Shown: positions 28,721 to 39,117 of the stretch, piece after piece
Layout: each line of letters begins with the position of its first letter
Position numbering within the stretch: the first letter of the stretch is position 1
Source: an uncultured Pseudomonadota bacterium
GTDB lineage: Bacteria > Vulcanimicrobiota > Vulcanimicrobiia > Eremiobacterales > Eremiobacteraceae
DNA: 64,000 nucleotides
Direction of reading: 5' to 3'
Assembly: GCA_963736005.1 (NCBI GenBank)
Contig: CAVTNB010000001.1
Location: 1,152,001-1,216,000 of the forward strand
Notes under the pieces: model-generated
The model's database searches: none
What the model saw: the letters and a program-made list of their open reading frames with translations, nothing else
What the model was told of the DNA's origin: nothing
Translations under genes and position numbers: made by a program

Positions 28721-29733
28721 ATGAAGCCTCGCGCCTATACGCTCGTAGAACTTTTGGTTAGCACGGCGATCATCCTTATCTTGATGATGGCGGTTGGGAA
28801 CGCGATTGTGGCGTCACTCCATTTGCAGGCGATTCACGCTGACCGCGCCGGGATGAGCCGCTCGGCATCTGAGCTTGCGGAGCGATTGGGCGAGGAAGCC
28901 CGCAGCTCCACCGCGGTGTTCATCCCGAGCATTGACGTGTTAGGAAACCCCAATGGTGGTTCGTCGGGGCCGCACGAAGTCGATTTCTTGCGTCATCTTT
29001 CAGACGGCGGTGATGCTATGGTGGCGTACGCTTTCGATGGATCTTCTGGTTCGGTGACACGTTACGAATATGCAACGGGCTCAAGCACCAAGACGATTCT
29101 CAATAGCGATATTGCCGCCGATGGCATCGCTGCGTTTTCATTGGTTCGCGAACCGGTTGCAGCGACGGGGAACACCATAGGCCAAAGCGCCCCAGCGTCG
29201 GTGACCATTCTTTATGGGGGCGCCGAGCTCGCAGGCGGCAACGACGTCGTGGTCGCTAACATTTTGGCAAAAGCTAGTTCGGGGATCCCGAGCCACCTCT
29301 ATGTCGTACATCTGGCCTCGCGAGCAGCGCCAACTTCGCTGGCTATTCTAGCACCCTCGGGTCCGCCTGCATCGCCGCCGTCTACGAGGGTTTTTCCATT
29401 TGTCATATTACGTCCGGGCTTCCCCATACCAGGACCACACGGGCCGATGCATGGCGGCAGTCCTGGCGGGCCTCCGTCTACTACTTCATTGGGTACAGGC
29501 TCCAGGCTCGATACGAATTCCTGCAGTCCGGGCCAATTAATTGGTTTGATTTCACGACTGCATTCGAGAGCGTGACTTCTGGAACATACACATTTAAGGG
29601 AAGCGATGGCTCGACAATTTCCGCGACGATCAGTTGCGTCGGCGGTCCCTGCCCCGATTTTCATCCTTTACCGGTGAACGCCCCGGGTTACGCACCACAA
29701 GGCGGAGTCGCTTTTCAGCTTTCATCTCCCTGA
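28721..29733 (+). CDS. Prepilin-type N-terminal cleavage/methylation domain protein (probable frameshift near 29480-29515)
   Basis: MKPRA-YTLVELLVSTAIILIL class III signal with E5; the ORF stops at 29575, but another frame continues EFLQSGPINWF...CVGGPC...FQLSSP to TGA 29733. Confidence 0.7.
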
Positions 29734-30144
29734 GGTCATTCTCGCCCAACGAGGGCTAGGTATTCTGACCTGAGCACCCTTGTCTCGGTGGTTGATTCGC
29801 GCTCCGAGATCGGTTTACACTTATGCTCGAGACGTTTCTAAGGGTTGTCCAAAAGAGCACAATCCTCTTGAGGCGTTGCCCGTAGGGATCAAAATGATCG
29901 TTGATTTTTCATAATATGTAAGTGAAAATCAAGAACAACGGAACCTGTGGAATCGAGGGCCGAAGAGCCCAGGAGTGTAGCCCTGTCTTGGACTTACGTT
30001 TTGCGGGCGCGTCTTTTGAACGTCCGATTGGAAGGACCGCCTTAACAACCCCTTATTTATTCCTTGAGTATGCATGGGTTCGGCTCCGGCGTGGCCGAGC
30101 CGATTGCCCTAAACCTCATTTCAAGGCAACTTAAGGAGACTTGG

Positions 30145-33100
30145 ATGAGTTATTGTATTTCCAGGCTGATGGGAAAGATCGTTCTTATGGTCGCCACAGC
30201 CTCATTTGTTTTGCTCTTCTTCGGTATTTCAAGTTCGACCGCGTTTGCGAGCTCGACCGGCGTCATGAGCGGGGCTGTAACGGACTCCTTAACGGGTGTT
30301 CCCCTTGCAGATGTTGGCGTCTCTGCAGTTTCCGGATCCGGAACCTACAAGACCATCACAAACGCTCAACTGTTCTTCTCGATGGCAGGCGTGTACGCGG
30401 ACACGTATGTGGTCACGTTTTCTTCAGAAGGCTTCGAAGTCTATGTCGAATCCGGTGTTTCGGTTTTCGCTGATCAAGTGGCGACAGTGGACGCAAGCTG
30501 AGGAAATCGCCCACGCTGTTGAGTCGTGTCGTCATTCGCGCTGAAGCAAGCGCATTCCAGCCGACGCAAACGACATCAACAACCACCGTGAGCGCCGCAC
30601 AGGTTCAGAACTTCCAGGGTTCGGCGTTCAACATCAGTGAAACTAACCTTATCACTTCGTTGCCCGGTGCGATGGCCGACTCTTCAGGCTACCCGGTGAT
30701 CCACGGAGGCCGCGAATACGAGGAAGATTTCGAGTTCGAGGGTATCCCATACGTGGACGCCTACTCGAACCAGTTCACCAACTCGCTCGCGATTCCGACC
30801 GGTGGCGTCCAGCTGTTACAATTGACGACTGGTGCGGGTGACGCGAGCCAGCCCGGCGGCGGAACAGGGGCGTTCAACGTCGTCGCCAAGCGCGGTACCT
30901 ATCCAGGATACGCTCAGGTCTCCGCTGCAGTCGGTGGACCCGGTTTCGACCACCGCCTCAACCTCGACGCCAGTTGGGCTACGCCGGACGGGCACGTGTC
31001 GGATTACGTCTCGTTTGCTGGTGCTAACACCACATTCCAGTACGGTAATGGAAAAACGCCCGTCGCGCAGCTAGGCAGCTACTTTTCCCTCAACAACGAA
31101 TGGGACCGAGAACTTCTCAACAACTTTAACTACCGTTTCGGCAACAACGGGTCGCAATCGCTGCAATTCTTCATCGACGTCGCGGACCACAACTTCCACG
31201 AGGGCGCCGGTGGTTTGACTGGATTGTGCTTTGCCAGTTGCGACCCGGTCTATGACTCGACGTGGGGTGGCATATTCGGGTTCTCGACGTCACAGCTACA
31301 AAACTTATCGGCATTGTATCCCGGGCAAACGAGCCCGAACCAACTGCTCTCGTCAGCCTTTGGCCGCTACCCGAACACTTTTTTCCAACCGAACTCGGCG
31401 ATGAAACTCGAATACACTCGAAACCTCGATGCATCAACGTACATCTCTGCGAAAGTCTACCAGCAGATCTCGGTAGTAACGTTTGACTTCCCGAGCACGG
31501 AAGGCAGCTTCGACGGGGATGCCTACAATCGTCAGGGTGGCAGAACAACCGGCGCCACAATCTCGTTCCAGAAGCAGGTCAGTGATCGGAACCTGTTTAC
31601 GTTCGGTGCCGATTATGGTCTGGTTCACCCGATTGACCAGTTCCTTTCAACCTCTTACGGCCTCTACGGCGCCCTGATCAGTCCGGTTGACATCGCGGGA
31701 ACGGTTTACGGCTTCATCCCCCCGTCAGATCCAGCTTGTCCACTCGGTCCGGGTGGTTGTGGGTACGCCTACAATTTCCCAAACGCGCCGGCACAGCTGA
31801 CCTATCCGCAATTCGACCAGGTCTCGACGATCAACCGCAATGACTACTCGCTCTACGCCAACGACAAGACGGACATAAGCAATCGGCTCAAAGCCGAGAT
31901 CGGGTTGCGCTTCGACATGGCCTCCTACGCGTTGCCGCCAGCTCAGGTCGATCCTATCTATTGCACCACCCAGTACTTGCCCGCGACATGGACGCCCAAT
32001 CCCTCTTACAATAGCAGTCATCCGCTAGGCAACGGCAATTGCCCGTTCAATGCCACCTTCAACATTACGAATCAGGAAACCAGGCCGCAAGTGCTCGAAC
32101 CGCGCGTCGGCCTGTCCTACGAGATTTCGCCGACCTCGGCCGTGCGCGTCACGTACGACCGCGGCGTCGCGTTCGTCCCGATCGCTTCGGTCGGTTTTGG
32201 CCAGGTCGACCCCGGCTATTACATCAACACACCCTACGGCGGCTTACCAGCAGTCAATCTCTTAACCGGTGGCGGCACCAACTGCGGACTTGCACCTGCG
32301 TATACTGTGCCGTGCAAGACTTTCGGTGAACAACTCTACTGGGCGTCTCAGAACTTTGATGGCGTTCCGTTTCAGCCGGCCCTTCCAATGACCGCTGACA
32401 ACTACCAAATCAACTTCCAGACTCAGTTTACACGCGGCTTTCTCAACGGCGTTGGGTTGAGTATCGCTCCGTGGCACCGCTTCCAGCACAACACGACCGC
32501 GAATGAAGCTTCGCCGATCATTGGAGCCAACGGACTGCCCCTGGTCGTCAATGGGGCAATTCAGTTCCTCCCGCCGGTTCTTACCAATCAGGGTAAGGAG
32601 TTCGCCACCGGCGTGGACCTGAACATCACTCGCGCGAGTGAGTTTGGGCTCAGCGGTCAGCTCACGGCCTCGTACATCAACGAGTTCTCTAGCGTCGTAC
32701 CCACCAGCACTTCGGAGGACTTCTATCCCAACATACTCCCCGCGTCGCTGCTCGCTAATAACATCTATCGCGTTGGTTTCGTCTCGCCGTTTCAAGCGAC
32801 GCTTGGGATCACATATAAACGCGCAACGGTTGGCGCATCAATCCGCGTTACTCGTACAACGACGGTTATCCGACCGGTCTTGGCTCGCTGGCGGCCGCGA
32901 TCGTGAATGGCACGGCGCTAAACCTGCCCAACACGAACGCCCTGATCGGCAGCGCGCCCAACGGTCCTGCGTGTTTCGTCGACCCGGAGAATCCCGGATC
33001 GATTCTCAATCCGAACATCGCTGCGTGCCGCGGCAATGCCGAGGTCTCGTCAGCGGGAGGAGAACTCACACCCCCCAACGGGTTTGCCTCAATTACCGTC

Positions 33101-33379
33101 GAGTACAATGCACCTCACTCGCCGATCACGTATGGTGTCAACGTGGACAATGTCTTCAACAAAACCTTCAACGGACCGTCGTTCAACGCTCGCTATCAAC
33201 CGATCGCGACCGGCGTCACGGGACCCTTGACCGGTTTCTCGACGGATCCAACCAACTACACGAACTATCCCTCGGCATGGCCGCAGTACGCAAACTCCAT
33301 TGGGGGTAGGCAAACCTACATTAATATCCCATCGAATCCGGGAACCGCATTCTATTTCTACGTCCAGGCGAGGACCTGA
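30145..33379 (+). CDS. TonB-dependent receptor-like outer membrane protein with N-terminal carboxypeptidase-regulatory-like domain (two 1-nt deletions near 30498 and 32819)
   Basis: Signal peptide; GVMSGAVTD..TG.PL..V; plug-like SLPGA...IHGGRE...FEGIP; barrel-like GLRFD, EPRVGLSY; C-terminal FYFYVQART. Three ORFs join by restoring AGC(C)TGAGG and TATAAA(A)CGCGC. Confidence 0.8.
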
Positions 33380-33380
33380 A

Positions 33381-34580
33381 ATGCACAAGATAACAAAACT
33401 CTATCGAACATTCGGTCTCGCGCTCGCGGTGGCGTTGTTGGTGGCCTGTGCAACCAACGGCGTCGCAAAAATCCCCAACACGACTCAGGCGAACCTGGCA
33501 GCCAATAAGGTGCAGTTCACCGTGGGTACCGCGAGAATCGGGCAGGACGGCGTGGTTGGGGTGAACTTCGTGGCGACGTTGCGCCAGCCTAACGGCCTGA
33601 CGGGCGTACTGGCGAGCAGTCCAAAGATCACCGGTCCGGCGGGTTTCGTGGTTCCGGCTGGCGCGACCGGTGCGTACGCTACCGCCGGTGCGGACCTCGA
33701 CGCGGGCACCAACCACGTCAGCAGCTCACCCCAGGTTCCCCTCAACAACTCCGGGCTCGTCAATACCACGTTCGGCACATTTACCGGTGTTTACGCGTAT
33801 GGTCTAGGGCCATTCAACTCTGACCAAAGCACGGTTAACGGCGGGTATTACCCTGGTCAGCCGCAACTCTACGTCCGGGAATGGATACTCCTCGTCGAAT
33901 TACAATGGCACGTCGATGGTCGGTCTCGCGATCCATGGCGGAGATGCGATCCAGCCGCTGCCGTTCTTTTCGGCGGATCCGATGGTGTATATCACGGGTC
34001 CGCCCGCCGTGCCGTTCTTCAACGATGGAACATTCCCAGTGAACTTGCAGGATACTCACCCGGCTTTACGCCGGTGGAAATCCCGCCGGTTGCTGGATCG
34101 TACACGATGAGCGTGCTTGTAGCAGCGCAAAATGCGGCTCCGTTCACCTACACGCAGACCGCGACGCTCACCTCGACGACCCCCTTGGGGGTGGTGGCGG
34201 CGCCGACGTTCGTCGGTGACGGAGCCGGCGGTGGGAGTGGCACGGTGGTTGTTCCAGCCGGTGTCACGGAGACAATGGTCTACATCGTCGATGCAAATGC
34301 TGGCCTGTTCTACACCATTGGGCCGATCAGCGGCATCGGCGCGCAGCCATATGCATTGCCTGACCATCTCGGCCGGTGCGTCGGCGGCGGATGCCAAAAC
34401 GGTGCTGGTGCGTCCCCTTCAATCGCTACCGGGGACACCTACTTCGTCTCGGCCGTCGGATACGACTATCCGGCATTCCAAGCCGGCCCTCCAGGTAACA
34501 GGCAGCAAACGCCTGCGATTACTGGAGCGAGCGGGCAAGCGGATATCACAATGTCGCCAGTGGTGCAAGGAACCTATTAG
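33381..34580 (+). CDS. Putative lipoprotein (internal compensating +1/-1 indels at about 33864 and 34046)
   Basis: Lipobox LLVAC; Gly/Thr/Pro-rich beta-type sequence; paralogous to 34988-35818; the alternate frame gives NSTSGNGY...GPPAVPFFNDGTFP. Confidence 0.75.
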   Translation: MHKITKLYRTFGLALAVALLVACATNGVAKIPNTTQANLAANKVQFTVGTARIGQDGVVGVNFVATLRQPNGLTGVLASSPKITGPAGFVVPAGATGAYATAGADLDAGTNHVSSSPQVPLNNSGLVNTTFGTFTGVYAYGLGPFNSDQSTVNGGYYPGQPQLYVREWILLVELQWHVDGRSRDPWRRCDPAAAVLFGGSDGVYHGSARRAVLQRWNIPSELAGYSPGFTPVEIPPVAGSYTMSVLVAAQNAAPFTYTQTATLTSTTPLGVVAAPTFVGDGAGGGSGTVVVPAGVTETMVYIVDANAGLFYTIGPISGIGAQPYALPDHLGRCVGGGCQNGAGASPSIATGDTYFVSAVGYDYPAFQAGPPGNRQQTPAITGASGQADITMSPVVQGTY

Positions 34581-34602
34581 TAGAAGCCACTGCTTCGCGA
34601 CG

Positions 34603-34631
34603 AAAGGGTGCAACTTAGACTTGCCCCTTTT
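34603..34631 (+). terminator. Rho-independent terminator candidate
   Basis: AAAGGGTGCAA...TTGCCCCTTTT after the lipoprotein stop. Confidence 0.55.
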
Positions 34632-34987
34632 GTGGCTCGTCCGGGGCAATAGCACGACTTCGAACTAAAGCCGACGCTCAGAGAATTCCACCCATTCCTG
34701 CTAAGCCGGGAGTGCTTTTTACCCAATGATCTACCACACAGATTCCTCTGGCATCTCTCACGGCTGTACAAAAAAGCAGGGCCATTGAAATGAGGCATCT
34801 GCCGCTACAAGGGTTGTGGGCTTGTGCGATTATTTTGATATTCGACGCAAACCTACTTAATAAAGGTCTCGCTCGATTTCAATACGGTATTAGGCCACCG
34901 AATATCTCCAACAGCTAAAGGAACAGGGCCGAAGTCTATCTCAACGGGAAGTTCTAAAAGATGAACAACAGAAAGGACCGACTCTCG

Positions 34988-35818
34988 ATGCACAAGCTAC
35001 GCGTTGCACTGCTAGTCGCACTCTGCGCTGGAGCTGTGGCCGGCTGCAATACGGACACAAGCCCTGGGAATATTGTAGCCGGAAAAGTTGCCATGCAGCT
35101 CGCGGTCGGAACGCTGAACGATAGCGCTGGGACTCTGACCGGAGCAGCCAATACATATCTAAATGCGGTGGCGACATTCCGTGGTCAGTTCGGGGCGTCG
35201 GCGTTTCTGAATACCGGCAACGCGACGCTCACCGGTCCAGGCGGAACCATCGCCTCAATGCTAGGCATCTTCAGTTACGGGCAAGCACCTGGCACGAATG
35301 GCGTTGGCGGGTTCCCGCCCGCGTACACGCCAGCCAGCGCAAATGGTGCAGGCTACGCTACTGGCTTCATCTTGACTGGTGCCCCACCAACCGCCGGCAG
35401 CTACGGAATCAAAACGGTGGTTTCAGCCAACGGACAAAACCAAACCTATGGGGCGGGCGCAACTCTTCCGGCGACGCCGACCGTTCTCGGCAACGAAGCG
35501 GCGCCATCCTACGCCTCTGGAGGAGCTACCGGGGGCGGGACCTTTACGGTCTCGGTCCCGGCGGGAGTCACCGAAACGCTCGTCGTTGTTCTCCAAGGTA
35601 CCTCGGAGGTTGCGACGGCAAAGACCACAGGCACGACTGCGACGCTCCCCAGTAATACGCTCGTCCCGGGCACTTCTTACACGGCCTTTGCTATCGGCGC
35701 AGACTACCCGCTCGTCGAGGCAGGGCCTCCCGCAAACACTTCCATGACGCCGAAGCTCACCGGCGCAGGTGGTACCTCGGACCTAACCGCGTCGTCAGCT
35801 GCCGGCTTTACGCAGTAG
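34988..35818 (+). CDS. Putative lipoprotein, paralog of the upstream lipoprotein
   Basis: Lipobox AVAGC; shares VGT, VATxR, TGP, VPAGVTET, DYP..xAGPP and TGAxGxxD motifs. Confidence 0.8.
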   Translation: MHKLRVALLVALCAGAVAGCNTDTSPGNIVAGKVAMQLAVGTLNDSAGTLTGAANTYLNAVATFRGQFGASAFLNTGNATLTGPGGTIASMLGIFSYGQAPGTNGVGGFPPAYTPASANGAGYATGFILTGAPPTAGSYGIKTVVSANGQNQTYGAGATLPATPTVLGNEAAPSYASGGATGGGTFTVSVPAGVTETLVVVLQGTSEVATAKTTGTTATLPSNTLVPGTSYTAFAIGADYPLVEAGPPANTSMTPKLTGAGGTSDLTASSAAGFTQ

Positions 35819-35846
35819 AAGCAAGGAACTCGCTCGGTAATGCGAT

Positions 35847-35876
35847 AGGGTGGCTGCAAAGCCACCCTTCTTCTTT
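35847..35876 (+). terminator. Rho-independent terminator
   Basis: AGGGTGGCT-GCAA-AGCCACCCT followed by TCTTCTTT. Confidence 0.7.
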
Positions 35877-35890
35877 AGAGGAACGGCTCG

Positions 35891-36970
35891 ATGAGCACGG
35901 ACGACAAGGTTACCCGATCTTTGAAGATCCTCGCGATCGTCGTTGTCTCGCTCCTGCTGGCGACGGCCCTCATTGCTTTCTTGCACCGGGTCATCGCGGT
36001 TGTTATCGTTCTCGTTGGTGCCGTCTTTTTTGCCTATCTGGTCTACCCGCTCGTGCGCCGTTTCAGCCGGCGCCTACCCCGTTGGCTCGCCATCGTTTGT
36101 GTCTATTTCATCTTCGCCGCTGGGCTCGCGTTGCTCGCCCTCTTTATCGGACCCAGAATATCCTGGGAGGCCCGCGCCTTTGCGACTGACTTTCCTCGAC
36201 TCATGCAGGTTGCGCAAAACGACATCCTCAACGCGAACATTGCCATTATCAGCGCCGTTCCGCTTCAAGCTCGCGAGAGCGCAATCACGCTCTTCGACAA
36301 TGCTGCTGCCGCCTTACAACACAATGCGGTCACGTATGTGGGTCAGGCTCTTGGGATTCTCCTCAGCGTGGCATCAATCGTGACGGCGTTCATCATCATT
36401 CCAATCCTAACGTTCTACATTCTCATGGATTTGGAGCGCCTGCACGCCGGGCTGATGCGCATCATCCCAGCTCGGTACCACGACCCGGCAAACTTCGTAC
36501 TTCAAGACATCGACGGCGTGCTTGGGGGCTTTATCCGCGGACAGATTATTGTCGGTGCGGTCGTGGCTGTCTTGATCACAATCCTACTCCTCGTATTGCA
36601 CATCAGATATGCGTTCCTCATTGGACTCTTCGCGGGCATCGTCGATATCATCCCGTACCTTGGCGCTGTTGCGGGCGCAATTCCGGCAATTATCATCGCG
36701 ATGTTTACCCACGGATTTGCGTGGGCACTTTTGGTCGCTGCTGGTTTCGTCGGCGTCTATCAGCTCGAAGGCCATATCATTGCCCCCACCGTCATTGGAC
36801 AGCGAGTGGGGCTGACACCGCTCATGGTTATCCTCGCGATTTTGGCAGGCGCCGAACTCGGGGGAATTCTGGGCATGTTTATTGCGGTGCCACTGGCAGG
36901 CATCATCAAGGCGTTGGTGACCAGATTCTTGGCCGCCCCGCCTGACGAACGCGAGAAAAAAGCTAGTTAA
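35891..36970 (+). CDS. AI-2E family transporter (PerM/UPF0118)
   Basis: Multi-TM; FYILMD; GFIRGQ; IIPYLG; QLEGHIIAP; GGILGMFIAVP. Confidence 0.9.
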   Translation: MSTDDKVTRSLKILAIVVVSLLLATALIAFLHRVIAVVIVLVGAVFFAYLVYPLVRRFSRRLPRWLAIVCVYFIFAAGLALLALFIGPRISWEARAFATDFPRLMQVAQNDILNANIAIISAVPLQARESAITLFDNAAAALQHNAVTYVGQALGILLSVASIVTAFIIIPILTFYILMDLERLHAGLMRIIPARYHDPANFVLQDIDGVLGGFIRGQIIVGAVVAVLITILLLVLHIRYAFLIGLFAGIVDIIPYLGAVAGAIPAIIIAMFTHGFAWALLVAAGFVGVYQLEGHIIAPTVIGQRVGLTPLMVILAILAGAELGGILGMFIAVPLAGIIKALVTRFLAAPPDEREKKAS

Positions 36971-36973
36971 AGG

Positions 36974-37453
36974 TCAGATGGCAGATGCGAGCGGCAGCGT
37001 GGTGTTGTAAATCGTTGCCGCCAGCGTTTCTGTTTGCGTTCGCAATTGCTCGAGTCTACTCGAATGAGCGGCGACGATCTTCGCGCGCCGGAACTCGTTG
37101 AGCTTGCATCCCAAGATGACGTAGGGGAGAGAAAGTTCTTTCGGTGGTTCTACTCGTCGTTCGAGCTCTTCAACGAGCGTATCGTCATCCACCACGATGA
37201 GGACGCGATCCACGCGCAGCGAGCGCAGTCTATCGATGGCAGTCGTTAGACCTGTGTAGGCGTACTCGCGGTGAGATGCGTCCTCGGCTTCGATGGTAAA
37301 TGGCAAGAAATACTCGCCTGAGGGAACGCCAGGCTCGGCAACCACCTTGATCCCCACGAGGCCCCGTCTGGGCCCGCAAGGGACCACCGTGACCAGGGCT
37401 TGGGTTTCGGCCTTGCGCGTGTGTTGCGCGGGCTTTGCAGGGCTTGTAATCAC
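36974..37453 (-). CDS. Hypothetical protein, degenerate RNase H-like (RVT_3-type) fold
   Basis: EYAYTGLTTAIDRLRSLRVDRVLIVVDDDTLVEEL resembles RNase HI AEYxALxxGLxxAxxLGxxxVxVxGDSxLVxxQ; preceded by a consensus promoter. Confidence 0.65.
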   Translation of the reverse strand: MITSPAKPAQHTRKAETQALVTVVPCGPRRGLVGIKVVAEPGVPSGEYFLPFTIEAEDASHREYAYTGLTTAIDRLRSLRVDRVLIVVDDDTLVEELERRVEPPKELSLPYVILGCKLNEFRRAKIVAAHSSRLEQLRTQTETLAATIYNTTLPLASAI

Positions 37454-37459
37454 GATTCT

Positions 37460-37488
37460 ATTGTATCGAACGTATGTTCGAGTGTCAA
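37460..37488 (-). promoter_or_regulatory. Sigma70 promoter (TTGACA-17-TACAAT) with a LexA/Cheo SOS box in the spacer
   Basis: Minus strand TTGACA ctcgaacatacgttcga TACAAT agaatc GTG; palindrome TCGAACGTATGTTCGA at 37466-37481. Confidence 0.85.
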
Positions 37489-37503
37489 GGCGACCCGAGG
37501 CGG

Positions 37504-37529
37504 AGCGGACCTAAAGGTCCGCTGCTACA
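37504..37529 (-). repeat. GTAG-tagged REP family A
   Basis: AGCGGACCTAAAGGTCCGCTGCTACA. Confidence 0.85.
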
Positions 37530-37546
37530 GCTCTTCCCTTACCCTA

Positions 37547-38758
37547 CTACAGGTCTGACGCTACAAAGAGATCCGCTAAGGCGTCCTGCCCTGCGGTCGA
37601 CCAGCTGCGGGCTGTCGAAAGCACTGCTTCGTAAATGGCCAGAACGCGGCCGGCGGTGGCTCTTGCGTCAAAGGTGGCAGCCGCCGTTTTTGCATGCGTC
37701 ACGGCCATTGCACGACGCTCTGGATTTGAAATAAGCTCGAAGGCGGCGTCCGCCATCGACGCTGCGTCATGCACGATCTCGCCGGCCAAGTGCTCGCCAA
37801 ACACGTCGCGCGTTTGCGGGTTGTCGAGGGCGACCACTGGCACGCCCGACGCAAATGCTTCTGCGAGCACGAGACCTTGCGTTTCCGTGACCGATGGAAA
37901 GACAAAGACATCTGCGGCGGCATAGAACAGCGGAATTTCTCCGTGCTCAACCGAGCCCACGAAATGCACAGCCTCCGTCAGGTTGGCGGCCCTTACTTGC
38001 TCTTTGAGTTGGTGAAGCATTGGGCCGCTGCCCACCAACAGCAATCGAGCCTCAGGAAGACGTTGACGCAGCCGACCCAGTGCCTCGATCGCCAGGGGCA
38101 CATTCTTCTCAGACGCGAGGCGGGAGACGAGCAGCAGCAGTGGCGCCTGCCGGGCTATGCCTAACTTGTCCCGCATGGCATTACCATCATCACGGTCAAA
38201 ACGCCGAAAAACCTCGATGTCGACCCCTGTCGGCACCACACAGATCGGGGCGGTCACGCCTTGCTTGCGCAGCTCGCCTGCGACTGCCTTGGTGGGCACG
38301 ATCACCGCGTCCGCCGCGTTTGCGTAGGTCTTGGTGAGCTCGCGCGTTAGCTGCGATGTGATTCTCTGACCGAGCGGCGAATAGTGCGCGTAACTATCGA
38401 GCAAAGTGTGATACGTGTAGACGAGCGGCACGCGAAATCTGCGCCGTGCGTAATACGAAGCCATCCATCCGGTGATGAAGAGCGAATGACTGTGGATGAT
38501 ATCGCAGCGACTAAGAAATCGTCTTTTATTTCGACGTGCAACGAGTGGGAGCGTTAAACGATATTGCGTGCGCGCTGGGAGTGGGAGCGATGGCATGCGA
38601 AAGACACGGCCCGCACTTTCCGCTCCTTTTGGAATGTGTGGCGCAAACGTGAACACATCGTGTCCGAGCGTGCGCAATTGTTCCGCCAACGAATCGACGG
38701 ATGTCACAACACCGTTGACGATGGGCCGATACACTTCCGTGAATATGGCGATCTTCAT
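37547..38758 (-). CDS. GT4 glycosyltransferase (diacylglycerol glycosyltransferase-like)
   Basis: MKIAIFTEVYRPIVNGVVTS; YTYHT; VSRLASEKN; ETQGLVLAEA. Confidence 0.9.
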   Translation of the reverse strand: MKIAIFTEVYRPIVNGVVTSVDSLAEQLRTLGHDVFTFAPHIPKGAESAGRVFRMPSLPLPARTQYRLTLPLVARRNKRRFLSRCDIIHSHSLFITGWMASYYARRRFRVPLVYTYHTLLDSYAHYSPLGQRITSQLTRELTKTYANAADAVIVPTKAVAGELRKQGVTAPICVVPTGVDIEVFRRFDRDDGNAMRDKLGIARQAPLLLLVSRLASEKNVPLAIEALGRLRQRLPEARLLLVGSGPMLHQLKEQVRAANLTEAVHFVGSVEHGEIPLFYAAADVFVFPSVTETQGLVLAEAFASGVPVVALDNPQTRDVFGEHLAGEIVHDAASMADAAFELISNPERRAMAVTHAKTAAATFDARATAGRVLAIYEAVLSTARSWSTAGQDALADLFVASDL

Positions 38759-38885
38759 AACGTCTCTTTATTTAGTATTCGGAAGAACGCGACCCAAAAC
38801 CGTTCTCAACTCGGAACTGTGAACCATTCATCGGTACACATAGTCCCGCTGTGAGCATCTGCGGCACGAATTTGTCGCACGTGGT

Positions 38886-38914
38886 TTGACCCTCACATGC
38901 ACACATGGTATAAT
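38886..38914 (+). promoter_or_regulatory. Near-consensus sigma70 promoter
   Basis: TTGACC-17 nt-TATAAT with extended TG. Confidence 0.7.
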
Positions 38915-39117
38915 CTGCGAGGCTCTTAGCCTTTCGAATTTTTTTACGCGCGAATGATTTCGCGCGATAACAAATCTCCCGATTCATACCGCGCACTTCT
39001 TTTCGCGCGTTCTCGCTCCGCCAAGAATCGTCACAGTCCCAACGACTCTGCCATCACGGATGACGTCTTGACCACGTGGAGAAAACTTGAAGGAACACAC
39101 CAATCACTAGTCGGCCA

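Noticed and set aside
29734..30144. Cobalamin or other riboswitch upstream of the TonB-dependent receptor
   Set aside because: No B12-box or other aptamer consensus recognised by eye; an Rfam scan would be needed
30145..33379. Calling the receptor and other split genes pseudogenes
   Set aside because: Only single-base, mostly homopolymer indels with no accumulated stops; sequencing error is more parsimonious
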